From a virus (taxonomy: Duplodnaviria; Caudoviricetes), in IMG/VR virus record IMGVR_UViG_3300032272_000030, positions 1 to 42,147 of that record: 42,147 nt of DNA; one strand, given 5' to 3'. The position numbers were made by a program, and so were the translations under genes. The number at the start of each line of letters is the position of its first letter. Within the stretch, counting starts at the first letter, position 1. The notes under the pieces were generated by a model, which saw only the letters and a list, made by a program, of their open reading frames with translations, was not told the DNA's origin and ran no database searches. Shown in pieces: positions 26,883-37,029 of this stretch.

Positions 26883-26891
26883 TGCTAGAAT
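26883..26891 (+). promoter_or_regulatory. extended -10 promoter TGcTAGAAT, 6 nt before ATG 26898 (leaderless)
   Basis: Near-consensus TGnTATAAT; no SD before the ATG. Confidence 0.5.
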
Positions 26892-26897
26892 CGCCCG

Positions 26898-29800
26898 ATG
26901 GTCGTCACCGCCACGTACGCAGGAGTAGATCAGCCGGACGTCGCGAGCCTGGAAAGCGGGGGTGAGTTCTACCGCTGCTTTGTGTACCGCAACGTCGCCC
27001 GGAACACGATCGACGCCACCATCAAGATCGAGAACCCTGGCGGGGTTTCTGTGATCGTGTGGTCGGGGGTTGTCCGCGATGTAGAGGCGGACGGCGATGC
27101 TCGGCACGTCGGGGATATGCCCAAGGTGCTAGGGCTCGACAACGGGATCTTCGTGGCCCATTGGATCGAGTCCGACAGCTCGGGCGGCGCATCGGCAATC
27201 CACAGAGCGACCATCGACGTAGGCGCGCTGGCGCTGACCTGGACTTACCAAAGCAGCCAGGCCATCCACAACTCTACTTGGGCGATGTACGACCACGCGG
27301 TTGTTCGGGATGGGACCACCAGCGAGTTTGTGGTGGCCTGGATCGACAACATCGCCGATATCGGCGGGGTCGATTACGGGGACTACGCGCTCGCCCGGTA
27401 CGAAGCGGACTACGCTTGGACGGATACGGTGTGGAGTGTGACGTCCGGGGGGAACACGGTGGTCAACCGGCTCCTCTCCCTGGTCGCAGACGACGATGCC
27501 GATGCCGTGGTGGGGGTCGCGTTCCAGGCGGTGGGAAACGCCTTGTTGTTGACCCAGCACGACAGTGCGGATGGTCTGAACTTCACTTTCGCCACCGTCT
27601 CGACAGGGCTGGCGGCCAGTCAGTTTGCGCAGGTTGGGCTTGTGCAGTTTCCTGGCCTCTCGGCCTGTGCTTTGGTGGCCGAGTACGCCCTACAGGCCGG
27701 GCAGACCGCGGGCGGCCGGGCTGCAAAAGAGCGGGGGATCTTCTACCGAGAATGTGCTCTCGGATCCGGCGCGGCTGTCTCCACCTCGGTGCAGTGGACA
27801 CCCGGGCTGCATATGGTCTCGCGCCCCTGGACACGGGCGAACGGTTACGACGAGCACGAGGTCTACTGCTTGGTCAGCGCCAAGTCGGTGAGCATCGCCA
27901 ATCGTGCGTGGGATCAGACCTTCGGGTACGTGGTACGACTCAATCGCCGTGACTGGAGCGCGGTGCAGGGAGCGGGGACGATCCGTGCGATTGCCTGCAG
28001 CATCCTCGGGAACGGATCTTTCGACGGGCGCGCGTCGGGAAGTAGTCCGAGCAGCGACCAAGAGCTCGTCAACTCCGTGGCCGACACCCGGGTTGGCCAT
28101 ATCTCGAGCGTCAGCTACGCCCCGAGTTTCACCCAAGGGCCCAACGTGAAGTCTGTAGTGCTGGCCGCGCTGCACTTCGAGCGCACCATCGCTAGCCAGG
28201 ATAGTGACGTCGAGGACGGTGAGCGCGACCGGGCGCAAGCGGCTGTCAAAGGGGTGCGGCACTTCCACGAGGAGCCTTGGACGCGGCGGCGCGACACAGC
28301 GGACCCCACGCGCGAACCTGCACTACCGGCCGCACTGAACTTTCGCGGGTACTCGCCCTATGCGATCGGGCGCAACCTTGAAGTAGCCTCGGGGCTCCTG
28401 ATCGCCGGAGGTGTTCTCTCCCAGTACGACGGGCGCCAGCTCGTAGAGGTTGGGTTCACGAACGCGCCCGAGATCGAGGTGGTCCAGACGGGCACCGGCG
28501 GCGGTGGTACAGGGATACACCAACAGGGGGTGTACTGGGTCGTCGGCACCTACTCGTGGACGGACCTCCAGGGGGTGGTGCACCGATCGGCCCCGAGCAC
28601 GCCGCAGTCGGTGACCGTAGGACCGCTGCACGCGGACGCGTTCACCTACGCCGCGCGCACTGTACCGCTCACCCTCAAAGACGACAGGCACCACTACCCA
28701 GATGCGCCGCGCATCTTGCTCGAGTTTTGGCGAACCGCGCTCTTGACCGGCTCGCCCGAGGGTGAGGCTAACGGGTCGCTCCTCTTTCGGCGTGTGTTCA
28801 GCGGCAACGTTGCGGGGATGGGGCTCGGGGACACCCCCGTCAATGATGCGTCGATCCCCGCGGTGACAGGCATCACCGATATCCTGCCCAGTGATGACCT
28901 GCAGTACAACGACCTGCTTCCGTGGCAGCTGAACACCGAGACGCTGCAGTACAACCTAGCGACACCTACACCAAGCGTCAGCGCAAGAGCGCCCGCGAAA
29001 TGGAAAAACCGACTTTTCTCGGTGCCGATGGATGACCCGAACATCATCCAATACAGCGATGAGTTTCTTCCGTTAGGTCTGCAGAACGCTGCGGCTGAGC
29101 ACTTCGACACCAACAAATACCGTTTCGATTCGCGCGGGTTCATCGTCGCAATGCAAGCGATGGACAACGACCTGATCATCTTCACGCGAGATGGCATCTA
29201 CGCGCTGACCGGCGAGGGGAACGACGCAACGGGAGCGAACGCGACGCTCGACCTGCAGGTGATCGCTACCGACACCGGGTGTGTAGAGGAGGGCTCCGTC
29301 GTCTACACCCCTGCGGGGATCTTGTTCCAGTCCGCCAAAGGGTTCTACCTGCTCAATCGCGAGCAACAGCTGGATCATGCGAGTGCCGGCGCGGCGCTGT
29401 CCGAGTTGGTCCGCACGCTGGGCAACGTCCGCGAGGGTACGCTCCTCGAGGATCGTCATGTTGTGCGGTACGTCTGCAACCGCCAGCCCGCGGGTTCGGT
29501 CGTCTCCCCTACCATCCTCGACTACAACTACGAGCTCAAGATCTGGGCGATCCACCCTCTTGCATCGTTCGCCTCAGGGACCGCGGCCGTGCTGCAGAGC
29601 GGTGTGGCCTGGCGCGGGCGAATGGGCCAGACTTGTCACGTGGTGCTCGCAGAGAACGGCCTGGCCGTCGAGAGGGGGGACGATGATACCAACTACTCGG
29701 ACGAAAACTTCTCGTCGGTGGAGATCCCTATCCCGCTGGACGCTCAGACCGAATGGATCCACCTCGCGGGTGCCTCGGGTCTGGTGCGCATCCGTTCGAT

Positions 29801-30092
29801 CGGGATTCAAACGGAGCGTGTAGACCCGGGCGAGGTGAGCGTCGACGTCTACCACGACATCAACGGGGAGTACGACGAAACGCTCCCTACCGACACCTTC
29901 ACGTGGAGTAGCCCCGCGCCCGCCTACATGCGGTTACGACCATCGCTGCCCAAGTGTAGTGCTATCATGTTGAGGATCTACGAGAGCGGCGTCGTCCCCG
30001 CTACCGAAAACCTGCGAATTGTCTCGATCACCCTGGAGATCGGGCAGAAAACACGCACCCGACGCGTACCTGTCGGCCAAGTAGGAGTCTGA
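26898..30092 (+). CDS. tail nozzle/tubular B-like beta-propeller protein (1064 aa)
   Basis: WKNRLF, IIQYSD, DLIIFTRDGIYALTG, DTGCVEEGSVV.TP.GILFQSAKGFYLL and a C-terminal QTEWIHL are typical nozzle blade motifs; precedes the ejection proteins. Confidence 0.75.
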   Translation: MVVTATYAGVDQPDVASLESGGEFYRCFVYRNVARNTIDATIKIENPGGVSVIVWSGVVRDVEADGDARHVGDMPKVLGLDNGIFVAHWIESDSSGGASAIHRATIDVGALALTWTYQSSQAIHNSTWAMYDHAVVRDGTTSEFVVAWIDNIADIGGVDYGDYALARYEADYAWTDTVWSVTSGGNTVVNRLLSLVADDDADAVVGVAFQAVGNALLLTQHDSADGLNFTFATVSTGLAASQFAQVGLVQFPGLSACALVAEYALQAGQTAGGRAAKERGIFYRECALGSGAAVSTSVQWTPGLHMVSRPWTRANGYDEHEVYCLVSAKSVSIANRAWDQTFGYVVRLNRRDWSAVQGAGTIRAIACSILGNGSFDGRASGSSPSSDQELVNSVADTRVGHISSVSYAPSFTQGPNVKSVVLAALHFERTIASQDSDVEDGERDRAQAAVKGVRHFHEEPWTRRRDTADPTREPALPAALNFRGYSPYAIGRNLEVASGLLIAGGVLSQYDGRQLVEVGFTNAPEIEVVQTGTGGGGTGIHQQGVYWVVGTYSWTDLQGVVHRSAPSTPQSVTVGPLHADAFTYAARTVPLTLKDDRHHYPDAPRILLEFWRTALLTGSPEGEANGSLLFRRVFSGNVAGMGLGDTPVNDASIPAVTGITDILPSDDLQYNDLLPWQLNTETLQYNLATPTPSVSARAPAKWKNRLFSVPMDDPNIIQYSDEFLPLGLQNAAAEHFDTNKYRFDSRGFIVAMQAMDNDLIIFTRDGIYALTGEGNDATGANATLDLQVIATDTGCVEEGSVVYTPAGILFQSAKGFYLLNREQQLDHASAGAALSELVRTLGNVREGTLLEDRHVVRYVCNRQPAGSVVSPTILDYNYELKIWAIHPLASFASGTAAVLQSGVAWRGRMGQTCHVVLAENGLAVERGDDDTNYSDENFSSVEIPIPLDAQTEWIHLAGASGLVRIRSIGIQTERVDPGEVSVDVYHDINGEYDETLPTDTFTWSSPAPAYMRLRPSLPKCSAIMLRIYESGVVPATENLRIVSITLEIGQKTRTRRVPVGQVGV

Positions 30093-30095
30093 ACC

Positions 30096-31499
30096 ATGCC
30101 CCTCCCCCTCGTCATTCCCGCAGTAGCTGGCGCCGTTCGTGGCTCAAAGGGCCTTTGGGGCAAGAAGGGGCGCGAGCGTCGGCGCAAGCGGCGTGAGGGC
30201 GATCAGGATACGGTCGCCGCGCCCGAGCTCGGTCGGGATTTCGCCGCGGAGCAGGCGCGGATGGGAGGCCTCTCGGGCACCTCGGGCGCCGCGTACGGTA
30301 CGGACCGCGCCCAGCAGGCGGCGGCTCTCGATGCGTACCGCCGCGCCGCGAGCGGCAATGCGCCCTCACAGGCTCAGCTGATGCTGCAGCAGCAGACCGC
30401 GGCCAACGTGGGAAACTTCCAGTCCGCTATCGCGGGCGGGCGCGGCGGAAACATGGCCGCGCAAGGTCGGCAGATGGCTGCTATGTCGGGCGCGGCGCAG
30501 ATGGGCGGGCAGCAGCAGATCGCGCAGCTTCGGGCTCAGGAGATGGAGGCCGCACGCGCAGGCCAGGCCACCTTGGCCTCTACCATGGCTGGGCAAAGCT
30601 CAGACCGGCAGATGCAGGCCGAGCAGATGCGGATGGGAGGTGCTGGAATGCAGCTCGATGCCGACCTTTCGCAGCGGGGTCTGAACATCGGACAGCGCGA
30701 CAGCCAGGCGGCACGCAATCAGCAGTGGGTCATGGCGGGCTCCAAAGGGGTGGACTCGGCAGTTGCCGCGGGCAAGACCATGAGCGATGAGCGGGTGAAG
30801 ACCGACATCAGCCAGGGCGAGTCGGCGAGCGAGGCCGAGGCCAGCAGACTCTCGGCAGCGCCCCAGCCCCCGCAGGCCCCTGTCGAGGCGCCGCTCGAGA
30901 GGGCGCTTCAAGGGCTGGTCGGCTTGTTCCATTCGGCACAAGCACCCGGCGGGCCACCCCAACAGCCCGCACCTCCGCCTCAACGGTACAGCCCTCCGCT
31001 GCGTCCGGGTAGCGAGCGTGTAGGCAGCCCGCCTATAGAGGGACCGTTTCCCGCAGCACAGCAAATCGGCCACGGTGCGTTCTCTGACGAGCGGGTGAAG
31101 ACTGACGTTGGCCGCGGTGACGTCGCGGCCAGTGAGGCGATGGCCGAGCTGAAACCGTCGACCTACCAGTACGCCAGTCCGGAGTACGGGCCGGGTGGGC
31201 AGAAGATCGGGATCATGGCTCAAGATCTGGAGAAGACCCCCGCAGGGAGCCAGCTCGTGCAGAACACACCCGCAGGGAAGCAGGTGGACGTCGCAGGGGG
31301 TATGAGCCTGGCGCTTGCCTCCGGGGCGGATCAGGAGAAGCGGATTCGTGAGCTGGAGGCGGCGCTTGCTCAAGGTGGGGGCGGCCTGGCCAGTACCGGC
31401 CAGCAGTATTGGCAGCAGGCCAGGGGGTTGCCGAACTTACCGAACGGCGAGGTTGATCCTCGACGGCGAAATATGACGCTGGGAGGGGATTACGCGTAA
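30096..31499 (+). CDS. ejection/pilot-like protein with a C-terminal Peptidase S74 autocleaving chaperone domain
   Basis: Gln/Ala/Gly-rich helical body; SDERVKTD twice, then YQY...GIMAQDLE...KRIRELE. Confidence 0.75.
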   Translation: MPLPLVIPAVAGAVRGSKGLWGKKGRERRRKRREGDQDTVAAPELGRDFAAEQARMGGLSGTSGAAYGTDRAQQAAALDAYRRAASGNAPSQAQLMLQQQTAANVGNFQSAIAGGRGGNMAAQGRQMAAMSGAAQMGGQQQIAQLRAQEMEAARAGQATLASTMAGQSSDRQMQAEQMRMGGAGMQLDADLSQRGLNIGQRDSQAARNQQWVMAGSKGVDSAVAAGKTMSDERVKTDISQGESASEAEASRLSAAPQPPQAPVEAPLERALQGLVGLFHSAQAPGGPPQQPAPPPQRYSPPLRPGSERVGSPPIEGPFPAAQQIGHGAFSDERVKTDVGRGDVAASEAMAELKPSTYQYASPEYGPGGQKIGIMAQDLEKTPAGSQLVQNTPAGKQVDVAGGMSLALASGADQEKRIRELEAALAQGGGGLASTGQQYWQQARGLPNLPNGEVDPRRRNMTLGGDYA

Positions 31500-33634
31500 T
31501 GGCACTTTTCAACGTTGGTCCGAACAGGTACCCCGATCTGGAGCCTCCTGCCCCTTTGCCCACGGCATCTGCGCCCGCGCCCGCGCCCGATCCGAACTAC
31601 GATCCCACATCTTTCGGGGACGTGTGGGGTGGGTTTGCGGACGACTTCACCGCAGGGGCGCCCGACCGGTACGTGGCTCCTGTTGAGCCCGAGCCCCCTA
31701 TGGATGTGCTCGAGCAAGCGGATGCCATCCTTGCGAGCCAAGAGGCCGCGATGGCCGGGCCTGGCGGGGTGGCTGAGGCTCCGTTGGCGGGACCCAACGC
31801 CTACGGCATCAATGCCGATCAGATGAGCCGAGACTCCGACGAGTACGCCAAGCTGCGCGCAGAGCTGCTGCAAACCACGTCCGTCACGCGCGACAACCTC
31901 AAGTACCCTTTCGCACAGCGAGATCAACTCGAACTGCAGGGAGGTGCCCCGGCCGCACCGTGGGACGAGTCGATGATCGACACCACGGAGTTTGTTCCGT
32001 ACCGAGCGGACCTGACCGAGCAGGCGGCGATCGAGGCGTACGAACCCCCTGCGCGAGAAGAAGGCGAAACGCTCGAGGACTACCAGCTGCGGCGGACGGC
32101 GGATTTCCAGCTGCACAAAGAGAATGCGCGGTGGGAGGTGATTGCAAACGAGGCAGCACTCACCACCAACATGGCGCATATCGACCGCCAGCGCGCCGCG
32201 TACGAGGCCGAGGTGGAGGCGCGCGCGAACACTGTCGACATCGAGGCTTTCGGGGAGCAGGGTGCGCCCGGTGAGCGCAAGGCGGGATTCATCGCGGAGA
32301 AGGCTCTCATGGCTGGCACCACCGAACAGGCCGAGGCGATCGTCCAGGGTGCGACGGAGGCGGCGCGGATCCACGAGCGCGGCGAGAAGGCGGGCGCTGA
32401 GCAGGTGGAGATCGCTCGCGAGCACCAGCGGGATCAGGACGAGGCGACCACCAAGATCATGGCGGCGCGCAACCGGCTGCAAGAGCAGCGCGAGGCGATG
32501 CCCGCACCTGACGCCAACAGGTTCTTCAACAATCAGACCGGCGGGCAGAAGATCCTTACCCTCATCGGCGCCATTGCAGGGGGGCTGGGCGGATCGCACT
32601 ACACGCTGGATGCCGTCAACGCGATGGCGCAGCGGGACTGGGACGAGCAGGTGGCCAGCCTCAACAAAGTTGAGTCGGATATCCATCTGCTCGACGACGC
32701 GGCCGCGTCTTCGCGAGCGATGTTCTCGGAGCTCCGGCGGTCGGGGTTGGACGTCACGTCCCAGCAGAAGGAATACAAGGCTCAGCTGCTCGACTCGGCC
32801 GCGGCCGCGCTCGAGCGCGAGGTGGCCCGGAGCAACGTAGAGATCGTTCGCGCGCAGCTCACCAAGGACGCTCTCGCGGTACGGGAGGCTGCGGATGACC
32901 TGCGTAATCAGGTGGAGTACACCGCAGCAACCGCTCCTCGCACGATCACCAAGCGCGGTATGGCCGTCTCCGGGGCCGCGCGTAAGCTCAAGATGGAGGA
33001 GCTTGGGCGGCTCGGGAAAGACCAGTCCGGGGCGAAAACTCGCGCACCAGGACTTGCGGTGAAGGATTCTGATTTCGACCTCCGTGTGCGCGAAGAAGCG
33101 CGCAAGACCCAAGAGGGTGCGCACTTGAAGGGTGAGGAGCGGAAGGAGTTTACCGAGCGGCAGGCCGAGCGCGTGATCGGCAACGTTCACAAGCACATCG
33201 CGGTTGTCGACTCTCTAGACAAGTTCTTGCAGAAACACGAGGGTTCCGTCCCCGCGGGGCGTACCTTCGGGACGTACATCTGGACAGAAGAAGGTCGCGA
33301 CGTACGGGACGATCTTCGGCGCATCGCTATCGATATCCTCTATGCCAACTCTGGTGCGGTCATTGGAGAAGACGAGAAGGCCGACCAGGACGCGCTCAAC
33401 AAGGCGGGTTGGGGTACGGAGGAGCTCATGGGCAACCTGATGGCCGAGCGTGAGCGCGCGGCGCGGAAGGTGAACGGGGCGCTCACAGCCGCTAGCGACG
33501 AGGCGATGGAGCACGTGAAGCACAACATCATTCGCACTTTCGGCAAGGATGCCTGGGCACCCTACGCGGTGACAGGGCGCTCGACGAAGGACATCGCCAA
33601 AGAGCTCGGTGCTAAGATCCTGCGCGATGGGTAA
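31499..33634 (+). CDS. internal virion (ejection) protein (711 aa)
   Basis: Long helical/coiled-coil protein with one hydrophobic patch (ILTLIGAIAGGLGG); position after the nozzle. Confidence 0.65.
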   Translation: MALFNVGPNRYPDLEPPAPLPTASAPAPAPDPNYDPTSFGDVWGGFADDFTAGAPDRYVAPVEPEPPMDVLEQADAILASQEAAMAGPGGVAEAPLAGPNAYGINADQMSRDSDEYAKLRAELLQTTSVTRDNLKYPFAQRDQLELQGGAPAAPWDESMIDTTEFVPYRADLTEQAAIEAYEPPAREEGETLEDYQLRRTADFQLHKENARWEVIANEAALTTNMAHIDRQRAAYEAEVEARANTVDIEAFGEQGAPGERKAGFIAEKALMAGTTEQAEAIVQGATEAARIHERGEKAGAEQVEIAREHQRDQDEATTKIMAARNRLQEQREAMPAPDANRFFNNQTGGQKILTLIGAIAGGLGGSHYTLDAVNAMAQRDWDEQVASLNKVESDIHLLDDAAASSRAMFSELRRSGLDVTSQQKEYKAQLLDSAAAALEREVARSNVEIVRAQLTKDALAVREAADDLRNQVEYTAATAPRTITKRGMAVSGAARKLKMEELGRLGKDQSGAKTRAPGLAVKDSDFDLRVREEARKTQEGAHLKGEERKEFTERQAERVIGNVHKHIAVVDSLDKFLQKHEGSVPAGRTFGTYIWTEEGRDVRDDLRRIAIDILYANSGAVIGEDEKADQDALNKAGWGTEELMGNLMAERERAARKVNGALTAASDEAMEHVKHNIIRTFGKDAWAPYAVTGRSTKDIAKELGAKILRDG

Positions 33635-36296
33635 AGTCAAAGTCACGCGCGGCACCGCCGTACTCGAGATCGACGAGTCCAAGGTCGAGGCTGCGCGTGC
33701 GCAGGGCTTTCAGCTCGTCCCAGACGAGGTTGCGAAGGCGAAGGTGCTGCGTGAAAGTGCGTCCTCGATCGGGGGCACGATCCGCGGCGGTGTGAGCGCC
33801 ATCGCGTCCGGCATGACGCTCGGGGTGAGCGACTGGGCGGCCGAGAAACTCGGCGCCGATCCTGAGGTCATGAAAGCTGAGCGCCAGGGTATGGCGCCCT
33901 TGGAGGTGGCCGGCGCGGTGCTCCCGGCTCTCGTGACAGGCGGCAGTTCAGCGGCAGCTACCGGAGCTGTGCGGGGAGGTGCTCTCGCCAGAGGTGCTGC
34001 GACCGCTCTCAAATACTCCCCTGCAGGGCTTGTAGCGCAAGGTGGTGCAAAGATCGCCGCAGGTCGTGGTCTCGCCGGCGCGGCCGCTGGCGCGGCGTTC
34101 GAGGGGGGCGTTGAAGGTGCTGTGCGGACCTTGGGCGAGGAGGCCTTAGGAGGTCCTGAGGTCACGGCATCCCGCGTTTTCGGCAACGCGGTCAAGGGTG
34201 CAGGGCTCGGCGCGGTTCTGGGTGTCGGTATGCACGGAGCGCTCGCCGGCGGGGCGAAGGCCGCCCGAGGGCTGGCGACCGTAGGGGAGGGTGCCTCAGC
34301 GACCGCGGGCAAGCTGGCCCGCGGGGGTGGAGCGAAGGACAAGGCGATCAAGTTGTGGGCGAAGGCTACCGGCGCTGCGCCGGAGGACTTTCGCACGGTG
34401 GTCGAGGATATGCTCCCTACCAAGGAGGGACGGCGGATCTTGCTCGAGGGGCCGGAGGCTGCGAAAAAGTCGCGCGCCGCGCTCGCCGAGCGCCTCAAGA
34501 CGCCCGTCGACAAGATGAACGATGTATGGGAGGGCATCCGCAAACAGACCGGCGCGGACCATCGCATCGGGAACGCGGAGCGCAAGCTCACCCAAGCAGA
34601 GACCGATGCAGCTCGCGGGAACGCGCTGGGGTTCGTGCAGCGCCAGTTGGCCGACATTGAAAAGCGGCTCGCGAACCCGCACCTCTCCCCTGACGAGATC
34701 ACCGATCTCACCAAGTTTCAACGGTACCACGAGGCCAGTGTGGCGAAGCTCGAGGACGCCGCGGTATCCGGAGGGGAAGCCTTCCGTGCGGTAGACCGGC
34801 TGCGGCAGGACATCGCTGCGGTGAAGAAGGGGCGGTACGCAGAGCACAGCAGGAACGCTCGTCCCGAAACGCTCGACGCCGCCCAGACAGCCCAGCACTT
34901 CACCAAGGCCGCGCGCGACCACACGACCGATGCAGCGCTCTACGGGGACGCAGCGCGCGAGCACGGTGAGAACCTGCAGGCATGGGTGACGGGGATCGAC
35001 GCCGCTGCGAAGCTCAAGAAAAAGTCCCCCGCGCTGGGAAAGCTCTTTGAGAAGGGCGCTACCGATGCCGATATCACTCCGCTTCTAACGCTTGCGCGCG
35101 GGCGGATGGGTGCGACCAAAGAGGCGGGGTTCGAGGCGGTGTTCGAGGCACGGGCGAAGGCGATCGAGGTGCTTGAGCGCAATCACGACCTGACGCCCGA
35201 GCTCCGCGCACAGATCGCAGAGTTCAAGCTGGCGCGGAAAGCCAAAGACAAGGCGATCAAAGACAACGCCTCACTGATCGAGAAGACCGAAGCGTTCTAT
35301 CGCATCCGCCAGGCCGGCGAGAGCGGACACTCACCCTCCAACGTCGGCGTGCAAGCGGCATCTACAGTGGGGACGGCTGTGGGCTTCGGGATCGGCGGGG
35401 TGCCGGGCGCCATCGTCGGCGGCGCTGTCGGGGCGCTTACCAAACCGTTCTCGTCCCTTCGGGCAGTGGCCACGATGATGAACGTCGTGGAGTCGATGAA
35501 GCTCCGTGAACGCGGGATCATCAGCGGCGCAGGGCAACTAATGGACGGGTTGCCGTCCACCTCCACGGTAGGGCGCGCTGCGGCGAAAGTGCCCTCTGCG
35601 GCGCGCCGTGGCGTTACCACCTACGAGTCCACCCGCCGTCGCAGAGAGGCCGCGCTCGCGGTCCGTGACAAGGTGAACGACTACACCGTGGAGCCGCTCA
35701 AGTTGATGGAGCACCTCGACGATGAGGTTCTGCTGGCCGAGGCGCCGAACACGTACCGGGCACGGTACACCACAGCAGCGCGGGCGGTGGCGTACCTCAA
35801 GTCGGTGGAGCCCCAGACGTACAAGCCGCTTTTCTCGGGCGGGACGGAGCTCGTCGATCCTGTCCAAGTGGAGCGCTACGAGATGGCGGTCACCGCGATC
35901 ACCGACCCGTACGGGACGTTGGAGCGGTTGGTCACCGGCCTGTTGGCTCCTGAGCACCTGAACGCGCTGGATGCAGTCCACCCCGAGCTGATGGCTACCG
36001 TTCGCGATGGCGTGCTCGAGGAGGTAGGAGAGCGCGTGGGTGCCGGCAAGGCCATTGACTGGCGCGCTCGTACGCGGCTGGGGCAGATGCTTCGCATGCC
36101 CCTCGACGACTCACAGCGGCCGGGGATCTACCTGCAGATCCAAGAGGCGATCAGCGGGAACACACAGGCCAACCCCGGAATGGAGCCACCCGGCGCCCCG
36201 AAGCGGGGGCGCAAGGCGATCCAGACCGAGGATATGAAATCCGAAAACCTGATGACAGACAGCGAACGCCGTGCGTCAGGGATCAACAGGGCTTAG
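33627..36296 (+). CDS. large internal virion (ejection) protein with Gly-zipper membrane segments
   Basis: 889 aa from ATG 33627; GMTLGVSD, AGAAAGAAFEGG and GVPGAIVGGAVG segments; last late gene. Confidence 0.7.
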   Translation: MGKVKVTRGTAVLEIDESKVEAARAQGFQLVPDEVAKAKVLRESASSIGGTIRGGVSAIASGMTLGVSDWAAEKLGADPEVMKAERQGMAPLEVAGAVLPALVTGGSSAAATGAVRGGALARGAATALKYSPAGLVAQGGAKIAAGRGLAGAAAGAAFEGGVEGAVRTLGEEALGGPEVTASRVFGNAVKGAGLGAVLGVGMHGALAGGAKAARGLATVGEGASATAGKLARGGGAKDKAIKLWAKATGAAPEDFRTVVEDMLPTKEGRRILLEGPEAAKKSRAALAERLKTPVDKMNDVWEGIRKQTGADHRIGNAERKLTQAETDAARGNALGFVQRQLADIEKRLANPHLSPDEITDLTKFQRYHEASVAKLEDAAVSGGEAFRAVDRLRQDIAAVKKGRYAEHSRNARPETLDAAQTAQHFTKAARDHTTDAALYGDAAREHGENLQAWVTGIDAAAKLKKKSPALGKLFEKGATDADITPLLTLARGRMGATKEAGFEAVFEARAKAIEVLERNHDLTPELRAQIAEFKLARKAKDKAIKDNASLIEKTEAFYRIRQAGESGHSPSNVGVQAASTVGTAVGFGIGGVPGAIVGGAVGALTKPFSSLRAVATMMNVVESMKLRERGIISGAGQLMDGLPSTSTVGRAAAKVPSAARRGVTTYESTRRRREAALAVRDKVNDYTVEPLKLMEHLDDEVLLAEAPNTYRARYTTAARAVAYLKSVEPQTYKPLFSGGTELVDPVQVERYEMAVTAITDPYGTLERLVTGLLAPEHLNALDAVHPELMATVRDGVLEEVGERVGAGKAIDWRARTRLGQMLRMPLDDSQRPGIYLQIQEAISGNTQANPGMEPPGAPKRGRKAIQTEDMKSENLMTDSERRASGINRA

Positions 36297-36313
36297 CCGC
36301 GGCTCGGCACACC

Positions 36314-36562
36314 TCATCGTTGACTCGCCGCACAGCTGCACGGGGTGCCGTCCGGTGCAGGGTACGGCTGCAGGCACTTCGGGCAATGGCTGTACCCGAC
36401 CTCGCGCCGCGCTCGCTCCACCATCCGAGCCTTGCGACGACGGTACTCGGCGAGAACCGTCCGCATCTTCTTCGGTGTACGGGTGCGGTGTTTGGCCCGT
36501 GCGGCGCGGGCCGCTGCGACGCGAAGCTCCCAGGCGGGGGTTGGGTCTCGGGGGCTGTTCAT
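36314..36562 (-). CDS. Arg-rich 82-aa protein with a C-terminal CxxC...CxC
   Basis: ATGA overlap; HCPKC...PCSC. Confidence 0.55.
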   Translation of the reverse strand: MNSPRDPTPAWELRVAAARAARAKHRTRTPKKMRTVLAEYRRRKARMVERARREVGYSHCPKCLQPYPAPDGTPCSCAASQR

Positions 36563-36807
36563 CGGAGGATATCCCTTGCGTGCTCGGCGATTCCATCCGC
36601 GCTGAACCTGTCCAGGTACCTCGGTCTCGGGACCGAGGCCAGCCCGAGTTGTCCACGCAGCGTGGCTGCAAACCGGGTGCACCGTTCCCTCTCATCGTGC
36701 GTGAGGTAGCGGGCTTCGTTGTCCTCGGTGCGTGCTTCGCAAACCGTCCGGTCAAACACCTCGGTCATGTAGAGGTACACAACCCAGCGATCATCGCCGA
36801 CGATCAT
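36559..36807 (-). CDS. hypothetical protein (82 aa)
   Basis: ATGA overlaps at both ends (MIVGDDRWVVYLY...). Confidence 0.55.
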   Translation of the reverse strand: MIVGDDRWVVYLYMTEVFDRTVCEARTEDNEARYLTHDERERCTRFAATLRGQLGLASVPRPRYLDRFSADGIAEHARDILR

Positions 36808-37016
36808 CGGAGGAGCCCCCGCCGCGCGCGGCGAACAGCGCCGAGCAGTGAACGAGCCTTGCCGTGGGGGTAGCTCCTGCCGTCGTCCGGCCAGGGGAAG
36901 CGGGCGAACCTCCACCAGCCGTCCCTATCGATCCAGTACCGATGAGTACCGTCTTGGACCTGCGCGACCGGGACGCCGCTGGCTGTGGTGGTGTTGGTGT
37001 GGATGAGTCGTGTCAC
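36804..37016 (-). CDS. hypothetical protein (about 70 aa)
   Basis: Probable GTG start at 37016; Trp/Arg-rich; stop overlaps the next ATG. Confidence 0.45.
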   Translation of the reverse strand: MTRLIHTNTTTASGVPVAQVQDGTHRYWIDRDGWWRFARFPWPDDGRSYPHGKARSLLGAVRRARRGLLR

Positions 37017-37029
37017 GGCACTTCGCTGT

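Noticed and set aside
31490-33196. Long antisense ORFs (568 aa here; also 33710-34714, 17251-18243, 40102-41091, 2070-3041)
   Set aside because: These are shadow frames of high-GC genes with strong codon bias; they show no motifs and fully overlap better-supported genes.
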